Assembly: GCA_016748015.1 (NCBI GenBank)
Contig: JAAOMT010000289.1
Span: 135,639-199,638, forward strand
Direction: 5' to 3'
Length of the DNA stretch: 64,000 nt
Source of the DNA: Geosiphon pyriformis uo1
Taxonomy: Eukaryota > Fungi > Glomeromycota
Position 1 is the stretch's first letter, and each line of letters starts with the position of its first letter. Positions 24,401-38,350 of the stretch are shown here, in pieces. The notes under the pieces were generated by a model. The model was given only the letters and a program-made list of their open reading frames with translations. It was not told where the DNA came from and did no database searches. The position numbers and the translations under genes were made by a program.

Positions 24401-27400
24401 ATAATGCTTTTTAGACTTTGTAATATTTCAGCTATCTTTTAATGTTTTATGAATGTCATATATAAAAAAATTCTTTGAAAATTAGTTGTAGTATATCTAA
24501 ATAATACCAATATATTTTTTGAAACATTTGATAACTATTTGCTCTACTTTTAACAAGTTTTTGATTACTTTTAGAGTGCTGAATTAAAGCTAAACCCAGA
24601 AAAATGTTTTTTTGAAAAAATCAAATTAAAATTTTTAAGACATATAATAGAAAAAAACAGAGTAAAACCAGATTTGAATAAAATAAAAAAGATCAAAGAC
24701 TTCTTAGCTCCAACCAATCTGTGAGAATTAAGAAGATTCTTAAAACTAGCTGGATATTACTGTAAATTTGTTAAAAACTTTTTAAACATTGTAAAACCAC
24801 TCTATTATTTGTTCTCAAAATATGTTTTATATTTATAAAAAAAAGAACAGTAAAAAACTTTTGATTATTTTAAGCAATACTTAATAAAAACACTAATATT
24901 AATGTATTCAGACTTCAATAAATGCTTTATTATTGCTATAGATGTTTTAAAAAATGTATTAGGAGTTATTTTGTTATAAATCAAATCAAACAATCAAGAA
25001 TATTTAATCATTTATGTTAGTTACAGTACTAGTACAATAGAAAAAATATACAGCATAACCGATTTGAAATGTTTTACTATTTACTAAATCATACAAAATT
25101 GGAGATACTATCTTTATTAACTATTTAACTTATATACAGATTATAAAGAACTTATTTGATTACTTGGCAAATCATAACTAAAAAGAAGATATGTACAATA
25201 GAGTATTTATTTGCAACAATTTCCATTTAAAATACATTATAAAAAAAAAGCCAAAAATATCAACACCAATAATTTGTTAAAAATAACACAAATTTGATTC
25301 CAAATTCATGAACACAACCACTTATTAGCAATTACACCAATATCTATTAACACTGTAGTTTAAGAAGAAATTATCTCAACAAAAACAAAATATTATATAG
25401 AAACAAGCTTGCAATTACTTTATTCAAAACAACCAACTATATTATTAAGAACATCAAAACCATACTATTCTATAATAAATTATAAAAGACAATAAAAGAA
25501 AAACTGTTTTGCATAATATGCATTCTAATTCAATTACAAGACACTTTAACAAAAATACTACTTTGAAAAAAACAATAAATTTATACTATTAATTAATAAT
25601 ATATAAAGATATCTTTAAATATATTATTAACTGTAACTTATGTTAATAGAGAAAAAAAACCAGAATTATAAAATCACTTTGATCTATTTCAGTTGGAAAT
25701 TTATTTAATAAAATTGAAATCAATTTGGTTGGTTCTCTCTTAATTATATCTAAAGAAAATTGTTATATTACTATAACTGTAGACTACTTAACCAAATGGC
25801 TTGAAGTCAGAGCTATTTAAGTAGCAAACACTAAAACAATAGCCAAATTCGTACATCAAAATCTGATTTGTTAACATAGATGCCCAAAAAAATTATTATC
25901 TGACCAAAAAACTTATTTTTTCAATAGTATATTAATTGAATTAAGCCAACAATTTAAAATAAAGTAACTATTATTCTCATTATATTACCCATAAACAAAT
26001 AAACTGGTAGAAAAATTTAACCAAACATTGTATAAAGCATTAGCAAAAATAAGTTACAAAAATGCACAAAAATAAGACTTATTTATTAAATAAGAAATAC
26101 TTTTTTTCTTAACAGAAACAATTATTGAAGAGAATTTTGAAACTATTTTATATCAAAAAACATATAAACTTATGGAAACATTAGAAAACAATCATAAAAC
26201 AGCAGTCAACAATATTAATAATGCTTAAAAACAACAAAAAAAAAGACATAAAAATTGTCTACTCAACCAACCAATTGAATTTAAGATTGAAAACAGAGTA
26301 TTAATATATTGCACTAAAGCTAAAAAACAATAGAGTGGAAAGTTTGACTCAAAATAAAATAGATTATTTCATATACACAAAGTTTTAGACAATAAAACTT
26401 ACATATTATAATTGGAAAAAAGAATTTTAAAAAAAGTAATGTATGAAAATTGTCTAAAAATTTATTATACCAACTAAAAGTCGTTGTTATTTATACTTTA
26501 ACTAAAAACACAAATTCCATTAATCAGACCAGAAATATATTACAAGATTTGAAACCAATTATTATTATCAAAACATAGTCAACATATGATAATTTAAATT
26601 AAAAAATTTAAGTATATAGAAAGATTAAAACAACAGAAAAAAGACAATAAAATTTTTAGCATGAATTTTTTAAATCAAATTCTAAAACTTTTAAAATAAC
26701 TATTTAAAGCAATTTAACAATTTAAAATACCAATAAAAATTACAATTAATAAAAAAAAGATCTGATACAGAAATTCACACAAGAAAAAAATAGACAAAAG
26801 TTCAACTAAAACTGAGTATTCCTATCTTTATAAATAATTAAGAGAAAAAAAAATACATATTAGGCAAAGCTTGAAAAAATTAAGTAAGCTTTAAGTAGGT
26901 TAAATTTAAAATCAATAATAAAAAAATAGATATCAGAAAACTCCAAGAATGAAAAGAAAAACTTCTACTAGTGTATTAGTTTTTTAAAATTAGTAAAAAA
27001 CTCGATTTACAAACATCATATCTAAATACTAACAAATAAATATTTAACAAAAAAGCTTTGAAACAAGTAAAAAAATTTGTCAGAAGAAATAATTTGACAC
27101 TATACTATAAGACAACATACTGATTGTATTCCAAATTTAAATATTGTCTAGCAATACTGTTAGACAGTTCATTAAAATTTATTATAATTAATAACATAGA
27201 ACAAATAACAAATACATAGTTTGAAGACCTACAAAAAACAATACTTAACACAATAATTAAATATTATATCAAAAAAATAATATTCACAGATACATATAAT
27301 TTCACAGAAGCTTAATTCTAAAAGATAAAAATAATATTACTGAAATAGAAAAACCAATCTGAAAAATATTGAAAAAAACGTGATTAAAAACATAATAACT

Positions 27401-28278
27401 TAAAAAAACGTAATAATATGAAATAATACAAAATAATATATTATAATTCAAGATAATGTAAGATAATACACAATAATATAAAATAACTAGCAATAATATA
27501 AGATAACTATTCATAATGTAAAAGAATGAAGCAACAACAGAAATAATAAATGATTAAAAGCAATCTTATAAAACTAAAAAATATGTATAAAAATAAGTAA
27601 TTTTAGTAAGAAAAAACAGACAAACAGAGAAAAACAAACAAATAAAAAATATATCTTTTTATTAGATCTACCTTATCTATATATCTATATTATTTCAAAT
27701 AAAAAAAATATCTAAAACCCAAAACTTACTTATATATAATCCACAAATTCTATGTTTAAACTAAATTAATTATTTTTTTATCTTTATTTTTGGCCAAATA
27801 TTCTTAGCATAAAATATTTCAAACAATAATAACTTGAACCAATTATTTTTGATTATAATAATTAATAATACTAATTTCTTTTATTTTATTTTTTTTTTGT
27901 AGAGTAATAATATTGTAAAATTAACTGTCTAAAAATAGACTTTGTAATAGCCTGGTAAAAAAAAAACTTTCTTTAAGATTAAATATTAATATTATCTTGT
28001 CAACTTACCAAAAAAGTAAAAAGATATTGCCAGACCTTAACAATTGTGCTTGACTAGCTCAAAAAAAATGGCTTATATACTTAAGTCATAAACAACCAAA
28101 CACTTTTTTGTATCTTATAATCAAAAAACTTCATAAATAAAACTAGTAAAAAAAATTTTCAGAAGACTAATATCAATGACTCACTTCAAGTACCCAGAAT
28201 TAAGATCTTCAAGCTTTTTTTATCTAAATTTAGAACACTAAATATTATCACAATATCTTATTAACTTTATTTATAATA
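18488..28278 (+). mobile_element. Full-length decayed family C Gypsy element (9.8 kb): LTR-PBS-gag-PR-Cys-rich-dUTPase-RT-RNH / IN / ORF3-PPT-LTR
   Basis: LTRs 18488-19482 and 27335-28278; 4-bp TSD GCTA/ACTA; PBS at 19483; CCHC CYYCQKFGHIVKNC near 21073; decayed protease IKLIL(D)S near 21730; RT 23950-24750; IN from ATG 25308. Confidence 0.93.
23080..23470 (+). pseudogene. dut: Retroelement-borne dUTPase domain
   Basis: KAH.NNAEFDL (AGFDL, motif 1), IALEI, GIINARYTENI (GIIDAGY.G.I, motif 3), KIA*AIFLP (motif 4), *GIKGF (RG..GFGS, motif 5). Confidence 0.85.
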
Positions 28279-28529
28279 ACTACTTATATTATTAATTTTA
28301 TATTTTATTTTAAAATTACCAATTTTTTTATTCAAATTATTAACAATTTTTTTTAAAAATAACAATATATTTTTTAATTTAATATATAAAACAAAAAAAA
28401 ACATTAACCAACTTTGTAATTAAAAAAATTAAAAAACCAATAAACTTAATTGATAAAATTAATTTAATTAACTTAAATTTTAAAAAAGTTAATTTAAAAT
28501 TAATAAAAAAAAAATATTATTTAAAATAT

Positions 28530-29304
28530 TATTGGCAGGCCTACAGCTTCTGTATATACTTATTTTATAAAAGCTCTACATCATTGGCTGTCTATTGCCA
28601 TTCATAAGCGACTTTATAACTGATGTTATCCTAGTGTATTGTGTTTGTATTGTGGTGTTGTGAAGATATCAGATCATGCTTTTTCTTATGACATTAATGG
28701 TTCTACTTGTCTTCAGATATTGAATACTTTTGTAGCCTCTTGGAAAACTTTTTCTGGTCTTTCTTATTCTTTGTTATGTGTTTTACAGCTGTTGTCATCT
28801 AGTGTTTTTGATGTCTCTGTCTTTATGGCTCTCTTTAAGAGTTTTGTTTTTGATGGTTGACTTTGTGAGGCTATTTCTGTTTTTCACAATTCTAAGATTG
28901 CTAGTTTGAAGATTGTTGAGTTTGTGCATTCTTTCTGTCTTGTTTTTAGGGATGATGTCTAATTAGTTTGTGCTAAACATTATGCTTACATGGAAAAAAA
29001 TGGCCTGATTCTGCTGGATGGGTCAGCTCTTGTTTTGGTTTCTGGTTTGGCTTTAGAGTTATTAGCTGGTGTGATCAAATTGCTTGGTATTACTAAAGCA
29101 TTTGGTGTTTATTTTGGCTTTCATAGGCCTTGTTTATTTTTTTTAGGAATTGGTAATTTTGTTTTAGTTTATATAACTGTATAGTGTTGTTTTAATTGGC
29201 CTGAATGACTGGTTGTATGTAGAAAGTGCATAATTCATACCTAGTTTAAATTATTTTTTTGATGTATAGTTTTAGGCAGTATTTGGATCTCACTTATAAA
29301 GCAT
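28530..29304 (+). mobile_element. 5'-truncated LINE 3' end; its poly(A) is displaced to 30180-30190 by a solo LTR
   Basis: ORF 28639 CLYCGVVKISDHAFS (Cys motif) and ORF 28990. 3' tip GCAGTATTTGGATCTCACTT also occurs near 52676, followed there by poly(A). Confidence 0.85.
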
Positions 29305-30175
29305 TGTTACTTATAGAATATAGGAATTAAATATTAGTACATAAATTAGCCAATTAAAAAAGACATAATAAAAGTAGAATTCCAGAATTCCTCTTAGAAA
29401 AATTGCAAAATTTTAGAATTACAGAATTTCTATATAAGAAATTACAAGATTTCTGGCTAGAGAATTAAAGAATTCAAGAAATTTCATATAATAAAATTTA
29501 TGTATATATAGCAGTAGTATCAGAAGCTAGAAAATTAGTTAAAAAAACTCAGAGTTAATTAAACTTCCAGAGTCAATTAGATTTACAGGTCATAATTATT
29601 AAATACTCTTTCTTAAAAAAATAGAATACTATAACTTAAAGTAAAATTGCTTTCATATTAATGAAATTATCTATTATTCTTAAATTTATGTTATTATCCA
29701 TTACTTAACCTGTTGGCATAATAGCTCTTGATTACAGCTATTGACAAGACACTTATTTCTTATTTTAATTTTTTTATTTTTTTATTTTCTTTTATTTTTC
29801 TTTATTTTGTTTTTTTTTGTTGTTTACTAATTGAAGTTAAAAATTAAGCACTTAATAATTAACATTAAGAATAGTTTGGTAAAAGACCCAGAAATAAAGA
29901 TATTAAATTTATATATTAATGGATAGATTATTAAAAGAGCATAACTGTCAGAATAAATCAGCCATCAAGCTGAAAAAAAAAATTGGGAAACTCATCACAA
30001 AAAAATTGCACACTTCGAATCTCTATCTATTATACAAAGAACTTAATCAAAACTTTTAGATAACCAAGATCTTTAGATAACCAAAACCTTCAAATATTAT
30101 CAAATATATTAGTTATTAAACACCAAATTACAGATTTGTTATTTAATTCGAGATCCCAAATAATCATCTGTAATA
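29305..30175 (+). repeat. Solo LTR, family A
   Basis: TGTTACTTATAG...CATCTGTAATA; colinear with 3877-4747; flanks GCAT and GTGT. Confidence 0.9.
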
Positions 30176-30269
30176 GTGTAAAAAAAAAAATATTGTTAAT
30201 ATTTAGAAATTTTTTATCAAATAAAACTTTTTTTTAATATACTAATTTTAATAATAGCAATATTTAATT

Positions 30270-31700
30270 TTTATTATTATTAATATTTTATAAGTACAGT
30301 CTAATTACTATCTAATATACAAAGTCAAAACTAAGAATTTTAGCTAGATACAATTCACATTTTTACTATATGTAACCAATTATTTAGATTAATTAAGACA
30401 ATACTAAACTTTTATATGAACTGTAATCTCAGTATTTAAATCTGAAAAAACAAACAAGATTTACAAAAACCAAAGCTAACCCTAAATAATTTATTAATAC
30501 TAATTAATCTAATTGTTATATTTAACAAATCTGATTTTACAGTATAAAACTCACTATATATCATTTTAAAATCACTGATTAAACCATATTTTTTCATAAC
30601 TGCTTTGTATTTAGACCTAAATCTCTACAACTTAGAACAATAACATTTACCCAAATTATACACAAAATTGACTAAAACTTAAGCAGCTTTTTTACAATCT
30701 TTAAATACCTATAAAGCTTTATTATACCAATTTTTAAGTACAAAGTTCTTACAAAGAAGAGTATACAGTCTAATATATAATAAACATGATAAGAAAAACT
30801 TCACAATTATAAAAAATAGAAGAATCTAAAGTCTTATCAGTGATCTTCAAATCTTAATCTGGTCAAGCAAAATCTTCTTTCAAAACTCAGTCTTCTTAAA
30901 ATAAGTAAGAAAATTCAATTTCTTTACAATACAAACACAAAACATCTGGATATTTTTTGTTATAAAACCTTTTTTTGACTGCAATAAGTAGCTTTTTATA
31001 AACTGCCTTTATAAAATATGTGTGCAAACCAGTTAAAGTCTTACTTATAAAACTTAATAGTATGTGTAAATTCGAATACCAAACTGTAGTAGTCTAAACC
31101 TAATCAATATTTTGAATCAAAGAATCATCTAATATCTTAAAACCAGATTTAGCTTTTTAGTAGATACAACTTATTGATCTATATATATTCCAAATAAAAT
31201 AACAAATATTATCAGACATTCTTAAACCATTAGTTATAACAAAGTATTCATACATGTTACTAAACAGCAACAGGAAGAAACAGACAGTCTTGCTTGTTAA
31301 AACATTTAATATAAATATTATTCAAAACACTTAAATGTTTTTTAATCTTTGACCAAACTATTGAAAGTTTTTTATTTCTAACCAAGTTAACAATATGCAT
31401 CCTTTTTATTTAGCAGCAGTTTTGAAAATTAGGATTTAACAACTTTAACTTTAAGATACATACATTTAAGACAATCTAACTGTTTAAATATATAATTACA
31501 GTACAAAAAGAGTGCATACATTTTAAAACCAAAACAATGGCTTATAATTTAGCCATTGTTAATAACAACAAACTATGAATCTTAATATTAACATTCAAGT
31601 CAATTTTAAGAAAATATGCAACAGTTCCACCAGTTATAGTAAAAAAACTTAGATTCATTAATAACTTATCTGTATATACATTAATTACATCTAACCAAAT
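30270..31700 (-). mobile_element. LINE 3' fragment (RNH to 3' UTR)
   Basis: Minus strand carries RNH and Cys-motif peptides plus the conserved 3' tip TAGTAATTAGACTGTACTT and a (TAA)n tail. Homologous to 52630-53530. Confidence 0.75.
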
Positions 31701-31704
31701 CTTG

Positions 31705-31865
31705 TAAATAAGTTATTTTATATTATTTTGTGTTATCTTGTGTTATCTTAAGTTATAATATATTATTTTGTATTATTTTATGTTATCATGTTTTTCTAAG
31801 TTATCACATTTTTTAATCATGTTTTTTTAAATATTTTTTAGACTGGTTTTTTTATTTAGATAACA
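31705..31865 (-). repeat. Family C LTR fragment (first ~160 bp)
   Basis: Reverse complement TGTTATCTAAATAAAAAAACCAGTCT... matches 18488-18650. Confidence 0.8.
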
Positions 31866-34800
31866 GCCTCTTACTATAAAAAATTCATTAAAAGATTTTC
31901 TAAAATCACCAAATTTCTTAATTACTTAACTAATAAAAATATAAAATACCAATAGACTTTAATTCAACAAAAGATCTTTGACATCTTAAAAAAAATTGAT
32001 AACAGCTCCAATTTTTGCTTATTCTAATTTTAATAAACAATTCCAGTTAGTTATTAATGTTTTACATATAGTATTTGGTACTATTCTATTACAACTAAAT
32101 AACAAAAACAATAAACAAGTAATTATTTATGCTAATAGAACACTTAAACTGTCAAAGCTTAAATATGGCTTTACTAAATTAAAAGCAATAGCTATTATCT
32201 GAATTCTTAAATATTTTTAACAATATCTATAAAAAAAAAATTTAACATTATTATTGACAATATTGATCTTAAATAACTTAATAAAAAAAGCTCTAAACTT
32301 AGTACAAAGCAATTTAAATAAACTGATTTTTTAGCTAATTATAAATACATTGTTTTATCACAAACCAAAAAAATTACACATTAACATAGATAATCTTTTA
32401 AGAATAAGGCAAAATTAAATCAATACTAACAAACTTAAACAACAAAAAATTAACAAATAATAAATTTTGAAAACTACAAAAACATTAAAAATTATTTAAA
32501 AACTTTTATTATGTTAAAAAATTTGTTTCTAAGTAAAAAACATCAAATATTATATCAATTAAAACAATATTTTTTATATTACAACAATATTTATTATTAA
32601 AATTGCTAAAATTCAAACAATTTTATACAAAATGTACACAGATCTTTTATCAGCATACTTAAAAAAAATAGTACAATCCAAAGAATACTTGAAGTTTATT
32701 TTTGGTTTTATATATAAAAAAAACATTTAAAAATATATGGAATTATGTAATAATTGTTAAAGAAAAGAAAAAATTTACTTTACTAAATTTTTACATCTAA
32801 TTAAAGTTGGACAATTTTTGACAAAATTAATATTAATTTAGTCGAATTATTATTTATTAAAAACCAAAAAAATTGTTATATTATAGTTATAGTAAATTAT
32901 TTTATCAAATAATTTAAAGCCAGAGTTATTCAAAAAACAAATGCAAAATTAGTTGCAAATTTTATTTATAAAGACATTATTTGTAAACACAAATGTTCAA
33001 TTAAACTCTTATTTAATCAAAAAACATATTTTATAAACAATCTAATACAAGAAATTTGTAAGCAGTTTAATATAAAATAATTTTTATTATGATTGTATTA
33101 CTTATAAATAAATAGACTTGTAAAACAATTCAACCAAATATTATGCAAATTATTGGTCAAAATTTTAACCAATTTTAAGCAAAAATAAGATATTTTTATT
33201 CTATTTATATTATTAATATATAAAATACTAAAACAAGATACAATAAAACAGATATTATTTAATCTAATATATAAAAAAACAGCAATATTATTAATTAATT
33301 TTACTATAGAAACATATTTAGTATAATCAATTACAGAAAAAAACTTTTAAAAAACATCTTAATAAAGATTCTATATTTTTTTTAATATATTAAAAAAAAA
33401 ACAATAAATTATAGTTATACATATTAAATACTTTTAAATTTAACAAAAAAAATAACATAATAACAAATTGTTATTTGTCAATAATGAATTCAAAATTGGA
33501 AATCAAGTTCTCTTACACAAAACCAAAACTAAAAAACAATAAAATAGAAAATTTGATCATAAATAAGATGAATTATTTTATATATACAAAGTTTTAAGCA
33601 ATAAATTATGCAAATTAAAACTTAATAACAAAGTGCTAGCAAAAATTGTACATAGAGATTAATTAAAATATTATTACTTTAAAACCAATTATAAACTATT
33701 AATTCTATAAATTAGTACATATTTCTTTTTAATTAACTTTAAAAATATTTTTCAAAATTTAGAACCAATAGTTATATTAGAATAACAACCAAATTTGAAC
33801 ATTAAAAATTATTTATATTAATATTTTTCTTTAAAAATAATACAAAAATATTAAATAAAAATAGAAAAATAATTGCCAAAAAATACTTAAAACCAAAAAT
33901 AATTTTATTTTTTCACAAATTTAGTATTTTCTTTATATCTTATAATAATTATTCGCTAAAACATTTAACAAATATTCCAAAAATTAATATTAATATTAAA
34001 AACACTTTTTGATTTATTCATAATAATCAATAGAAGTTAAATTAATTATATTAAAAAAAAACTATAATTTTAATAGTAAATAATTTTTAAAATTATTATT
34101 TTTATAAAATAAACACAAAAAATTATTCTGGAATTTATTTATTAGAACTTTTAAAGCAAGCTCTAGAAGAAAACTTATTGTTTACTTCTATAAACATTTT
34201 TTTAAATACTACTATATAACAAAAACTTCAATTATATCTTAATAAAAGCAATGAATATACTTTTATTTATTAATACTTTTAAATTAGAAAAACATTAGAC
34301 TAATAAAACTAGAACTTAAAGCAACTAATCTTACTCTTAAAATCATATAAAAACAAATACATAATAAATTCAAGATAATAACTAAACTAACAAATACATA
34401 ATACAAATTTAAAACAGCTTTTAAACTTTATAATCTATTTAATACTTGCAAAAATATCTTATAAAATTCAATACATTAGTAAGCTTACAAAACTAAAATT
34501 TCAACAATTTTCAAACCAAATTACTTTGATAATATTAGATTATTATCTAAATATTATAAAAAATATTTGAACTTTAATAGAGCTTAGTTTTAAGAAGAAA
34601 ATTATGTTATCAGTAAAATTTTAGTTAATAATTAATATGAAATTATTCTTATAATTTTTATTATTAATTAGTATATATTATTATTGTTTTAAGTATTATT
34701 ATTATTTAATATATTATCAAATATTATTATCTAATTAGTAATTTAAATTATATAATACACAAATATAATAATTATATTATGCAATATTTTAAACTCTATA

Positions 34801-35570
34801 ATATTCAGAAATTCACCAATATTTATAGAAATTTGTAAAAAATTTTAATAGTTTATTAAAATAATTTATAATTTATAAAAACAATTTATAAGTTATTAAA
34901 AAATATTTTTAATTTGACAAAATGATAGCAAAAAAAAATGCAAATTTATAGATTAGTACTATAATAAATTGTATAAAAGAAGAGTTTTTTTTTAAAAAAT
35001 ATATTTTAGCTAGATTTATTTTCACTAAAAATATTTTTTTTAGTATTTATACAAATTATTCCAAATAAAAACCATATTAAAAACAATAAAACTTATAATT
35101 ATTTTATTTAAAATTTCTTAAATTCTAATTAACATTTTTAAATTAATTAATTACTAATTTTAATAATCTGTTAGTAGCTTTAAGTCTAAACAGAAAACAA
35201 TTCTCTTAACAAAATTTTTTTCTTTTATATTTTTTATATATATATTTTTCTTTTTATTATAATTATTAAAATAGCTTACAGATGAAATTTTTTTAGAAGA
35301 GTTAACTTTTATAGCAAAGTAACTACATATTTTTAGTGAAATTTCAGATAAGTATTTTCTAAAAAAAGTTAACTTTTATTGTAAAATAATTATATAAATA
35401 ATTGATATAAAATTGGCTATTTTACTTATAAATCTAATAATTCAAATTATAAGAGATAATTTAAAAATAAATTCAGTTATTAAAGATTTAACAGCTTTTA
35501 ATAATTAGAAATTATCAGCAAAACAATATTAATAGTATTCAAGAAAAAAGACCAAAATTTTTAGATAATA
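31866..35570 (+). mobile_element. Family B Gypsy element, 3' half (RT end, RNH, IN, ORF3 region, PPT, 3' LTR 34605-35570)
   Basis: ASYYKKFIK and ITAPIFAYSNF (ORF 31996), decayed IN motifs, PPT AAGAAGAAAA followed by TGTTAT at 34605. LTR end matches 1-288. Confidence 0.85.
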
Positions 35571-36480
35571 TTGGCTAATAAGTTTTTTAGAATTAATAAT
35601 ATATCTATTAATATTAAAAAAACTGTGATTATCTTTATTAATAAATGCATTTCTGTTGCTAACTTGCTTATTAGTAATTTATTAATTGTAATTATAAAAA
35701 AAAAAGACATTAATACTTGAATATTTTTTATTTATTAATCATTAAAAAAATTTGATATGGCTTTTAAAAAACAATTGCTAAATAAACAGAATACAATATT
35801 TAATTGGAAAACTTTTTATTAATAAAAAAACTTAAATTCAAAGATTTAGTGCTTTATTAATTTGTCAATATTACTTAGTTTTTATATAAGAAACAAACAT
35901 ATAGTGTTGTTTGTCATTATAATATGAACAGTTATTAAGTAAATATACTAAATTTTTATAGTATGTTGGTATTTAAAAAGAGTTTAAAAAATACTTAACT
36001 GTTAATAATCAATGTATTTATAAATAATTTATAAAAAAATTTAAGATTTTGTAGTATTATAAATAAAGCTGCTACATATTTTACAAATTTGGATTTGAAT
36101 ATAGGTATTTAGATTTAACTAAGTTTTAAATAATTGTATTGGCTTTTAAATGTGTTTTTTTTTTTAGTATAATTACTATTTATTCAGATAATCAGACTGT
36201 TATTAATACATATATTTTAAACAAACCTAATTTTTGCAATAAATATTAGATCAAAAAAAAAACAAATTGTTAATTTGGTTTAAAGTAAAAATATTTTGGT
36301 AATATAATTAAAACTTAAAAAACATTTTAATATAATAAATAATAAGATTGTTAATAAATTAACTGGTATTATTTTTTTATCTTTTTTTTAACAATAATTA
36401 AAAAATGTTATTTTCAACTTAAAAACACAATTGTATTAAACAATACTTGTTATTTTATTTATTAGATCTACTGTTTAATT
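35571..36480 (+). mobile_element. Decayed LINE ORF2 fragment (RT end, RNH); host of the family B insertion
   Basis: NKFFRINNISINIKKTV matches 11125-11300; IYSDNQT RNH motif. Confidence 0.7.
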
Positions 36481-36499
36481 AAAAGTATCAGGTAAGAAC

Positions 36500-37350
36500 T
36501 CAAATTTTTGTTAATAATATTATAAACTTAAAAAATCAAATTATTAATTTTAAAGACAATACAATTAAAAAAAAATTGTTTAATTTGATTTTAAAAGTGT
36601 TTCTTAAATAATAATCTCTTTTTAATTAAGCAAAAAAAAGATTCAAATACTATTTTTTTTATTAATACAAACTAATTATTAAAAACAACAGCAACAAAAA
36701 AAAGTTTTTAAAATTAAAAACAGTATATTATTATAAACCAATAGATTTGAATTTAATTGAAATAATAATATCAAAAATATTAAGAGTATTTTTAATATTA
36801 TTAAAAAATATATTAAAAAGAATATTATAAAATACAACAGAAAAAAAAACCAAAAATTATCACAAAAAATTTTGTAATTTTAATCAAAAAAAAAGAGTTA
36901 CTAATAGTTATTTTAATAATAGCAACTAAAAAAAAATTAAAAACAAAATTTACATAAAACAATTTAATATTGTTCTTAAAAACAAATTTAAAATTAATAA
37001 AATCAAACAACAAATAAAACAAAAAATTAACAAAAGCCAATTTGATTTTAAAAATAGAATTAAACACTAAAGTAAAAGCTATTTATTCAAAAAATTTTTA
37101 ACAACTAAAAATTGTTTTTTAGATATTATTAAAAACAGCATTAAAAAACAAAAAAACAATATTAATTCTGTTTTTATTTAATCAGCTTAATTTTTAAGAT
37201 CAAATAACTTAATAAAAAATTTTGTTTTAGAAATTAGCAATAATCTATTAAAAAACATCATATTTGACAATACAGTTAGTAATTAATTTTGGTTTATTTT
37301 GAGAAATATATTGTTATTGTTAATGCTTACATTAAAAAAATGTTAGTTGT
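36500..37350 (+). repeat. Unclassified decayed repeat with an inverted homolog at about 50850-51600
   Basis: For example ATAAACTTAAAAAATCAAATTATTAATTTTAAAGACAATAC versus reverse complement ATAGATTTAAAAAATTAATTTGTTAATTTTAAAAACTATAT. Confidence 0.55.
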
Positions 37351-37699
37351 AATTAAAAAAATAAAATTTAAGATTTTATTTAAAACTACAAAAAAAATTT
37401 AATATAACAATAGCAAATACAAATAATTGTTGTTGTTTTTTAAATTTTTCGGTTTTTTTAATTATATATAAAGAAATAATAGTAATAATAAAAATAAAAA
37501 TAATTTATTAACTAACTTATTAGTAAAAACTATTGGGTTTTTAAAAAATATAAAAACAACACTAAAACTAATTTAAATATATTTCTTAAAAAAAAACTTT
37601 GATTAAGAAAAAACCACTAATTAAAAGTAAAAAAAAATACTTTAAAATTAGTAAAACAGCTTTTTATTATTAATATTTAAGAAAAATATTATCAGAATA

Positions 37700-38350
37700 T
37701 TTTATCTACTTTAATAATAAAAAAACTTTTTTTTGTTAAAATTTTATTAGTTATTATAAAAAAAATAATATTTGAAACTTTTTTATTCTTTATTTTAATT
37801 GTAATTATAATATTAAGAAAAAAAAAGTTTTTATAATTTTTTTGGTATTTTTAAATTATTTAATGTATTTTATTAAAGTAATTATAAAATTATGTAATTG
37901 ATATTAATTTAAATATTAGTGAAATTTTTGGTAAAACTTTTGTTTTGCTAATTTACAATTTTTTTTATTTTTAAAATATTTAAAAATTTTTATATAAATA
38001 AAAAATGTGTTGTTTCTGTATATTTTGTTTTTATTATTTTAATAATTATTATTAATAATATTTTGTTTTTTGTAAAATATATTTTATAAAAAATACTAAA
38101 TATTATAAGTAAATTTATTAAATAATATTTTGTAATTTAATATTAATATATTTTAATTTTAAATAATTTTGTAAATTTAAAAGTTTTAATTTGAGTTTTT
38201 TGTATAAAAAACAGAAATTTAATAATTTAATGGTTTTTAATACATAATATTTGATTTTTTTATATTATAACAAATTTATTTTGGCGTTTTTTATTTTTTT
38301 AATAAGTTATCCAACTTTTTATGAGTATAATTCTATGTTTTTTATATTTT
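37700..38350 (-). mobile_element. Very decayed 5' LTR end, PBS and gag start of an A/C-type Gypsy element
   Basis: Minus strand TATAATA-TTTAGTATTTTTTATAAAAT is a decayed LTR end plus PBS; LTR-A-like block near 38180-38220. Confidence 0.5.
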
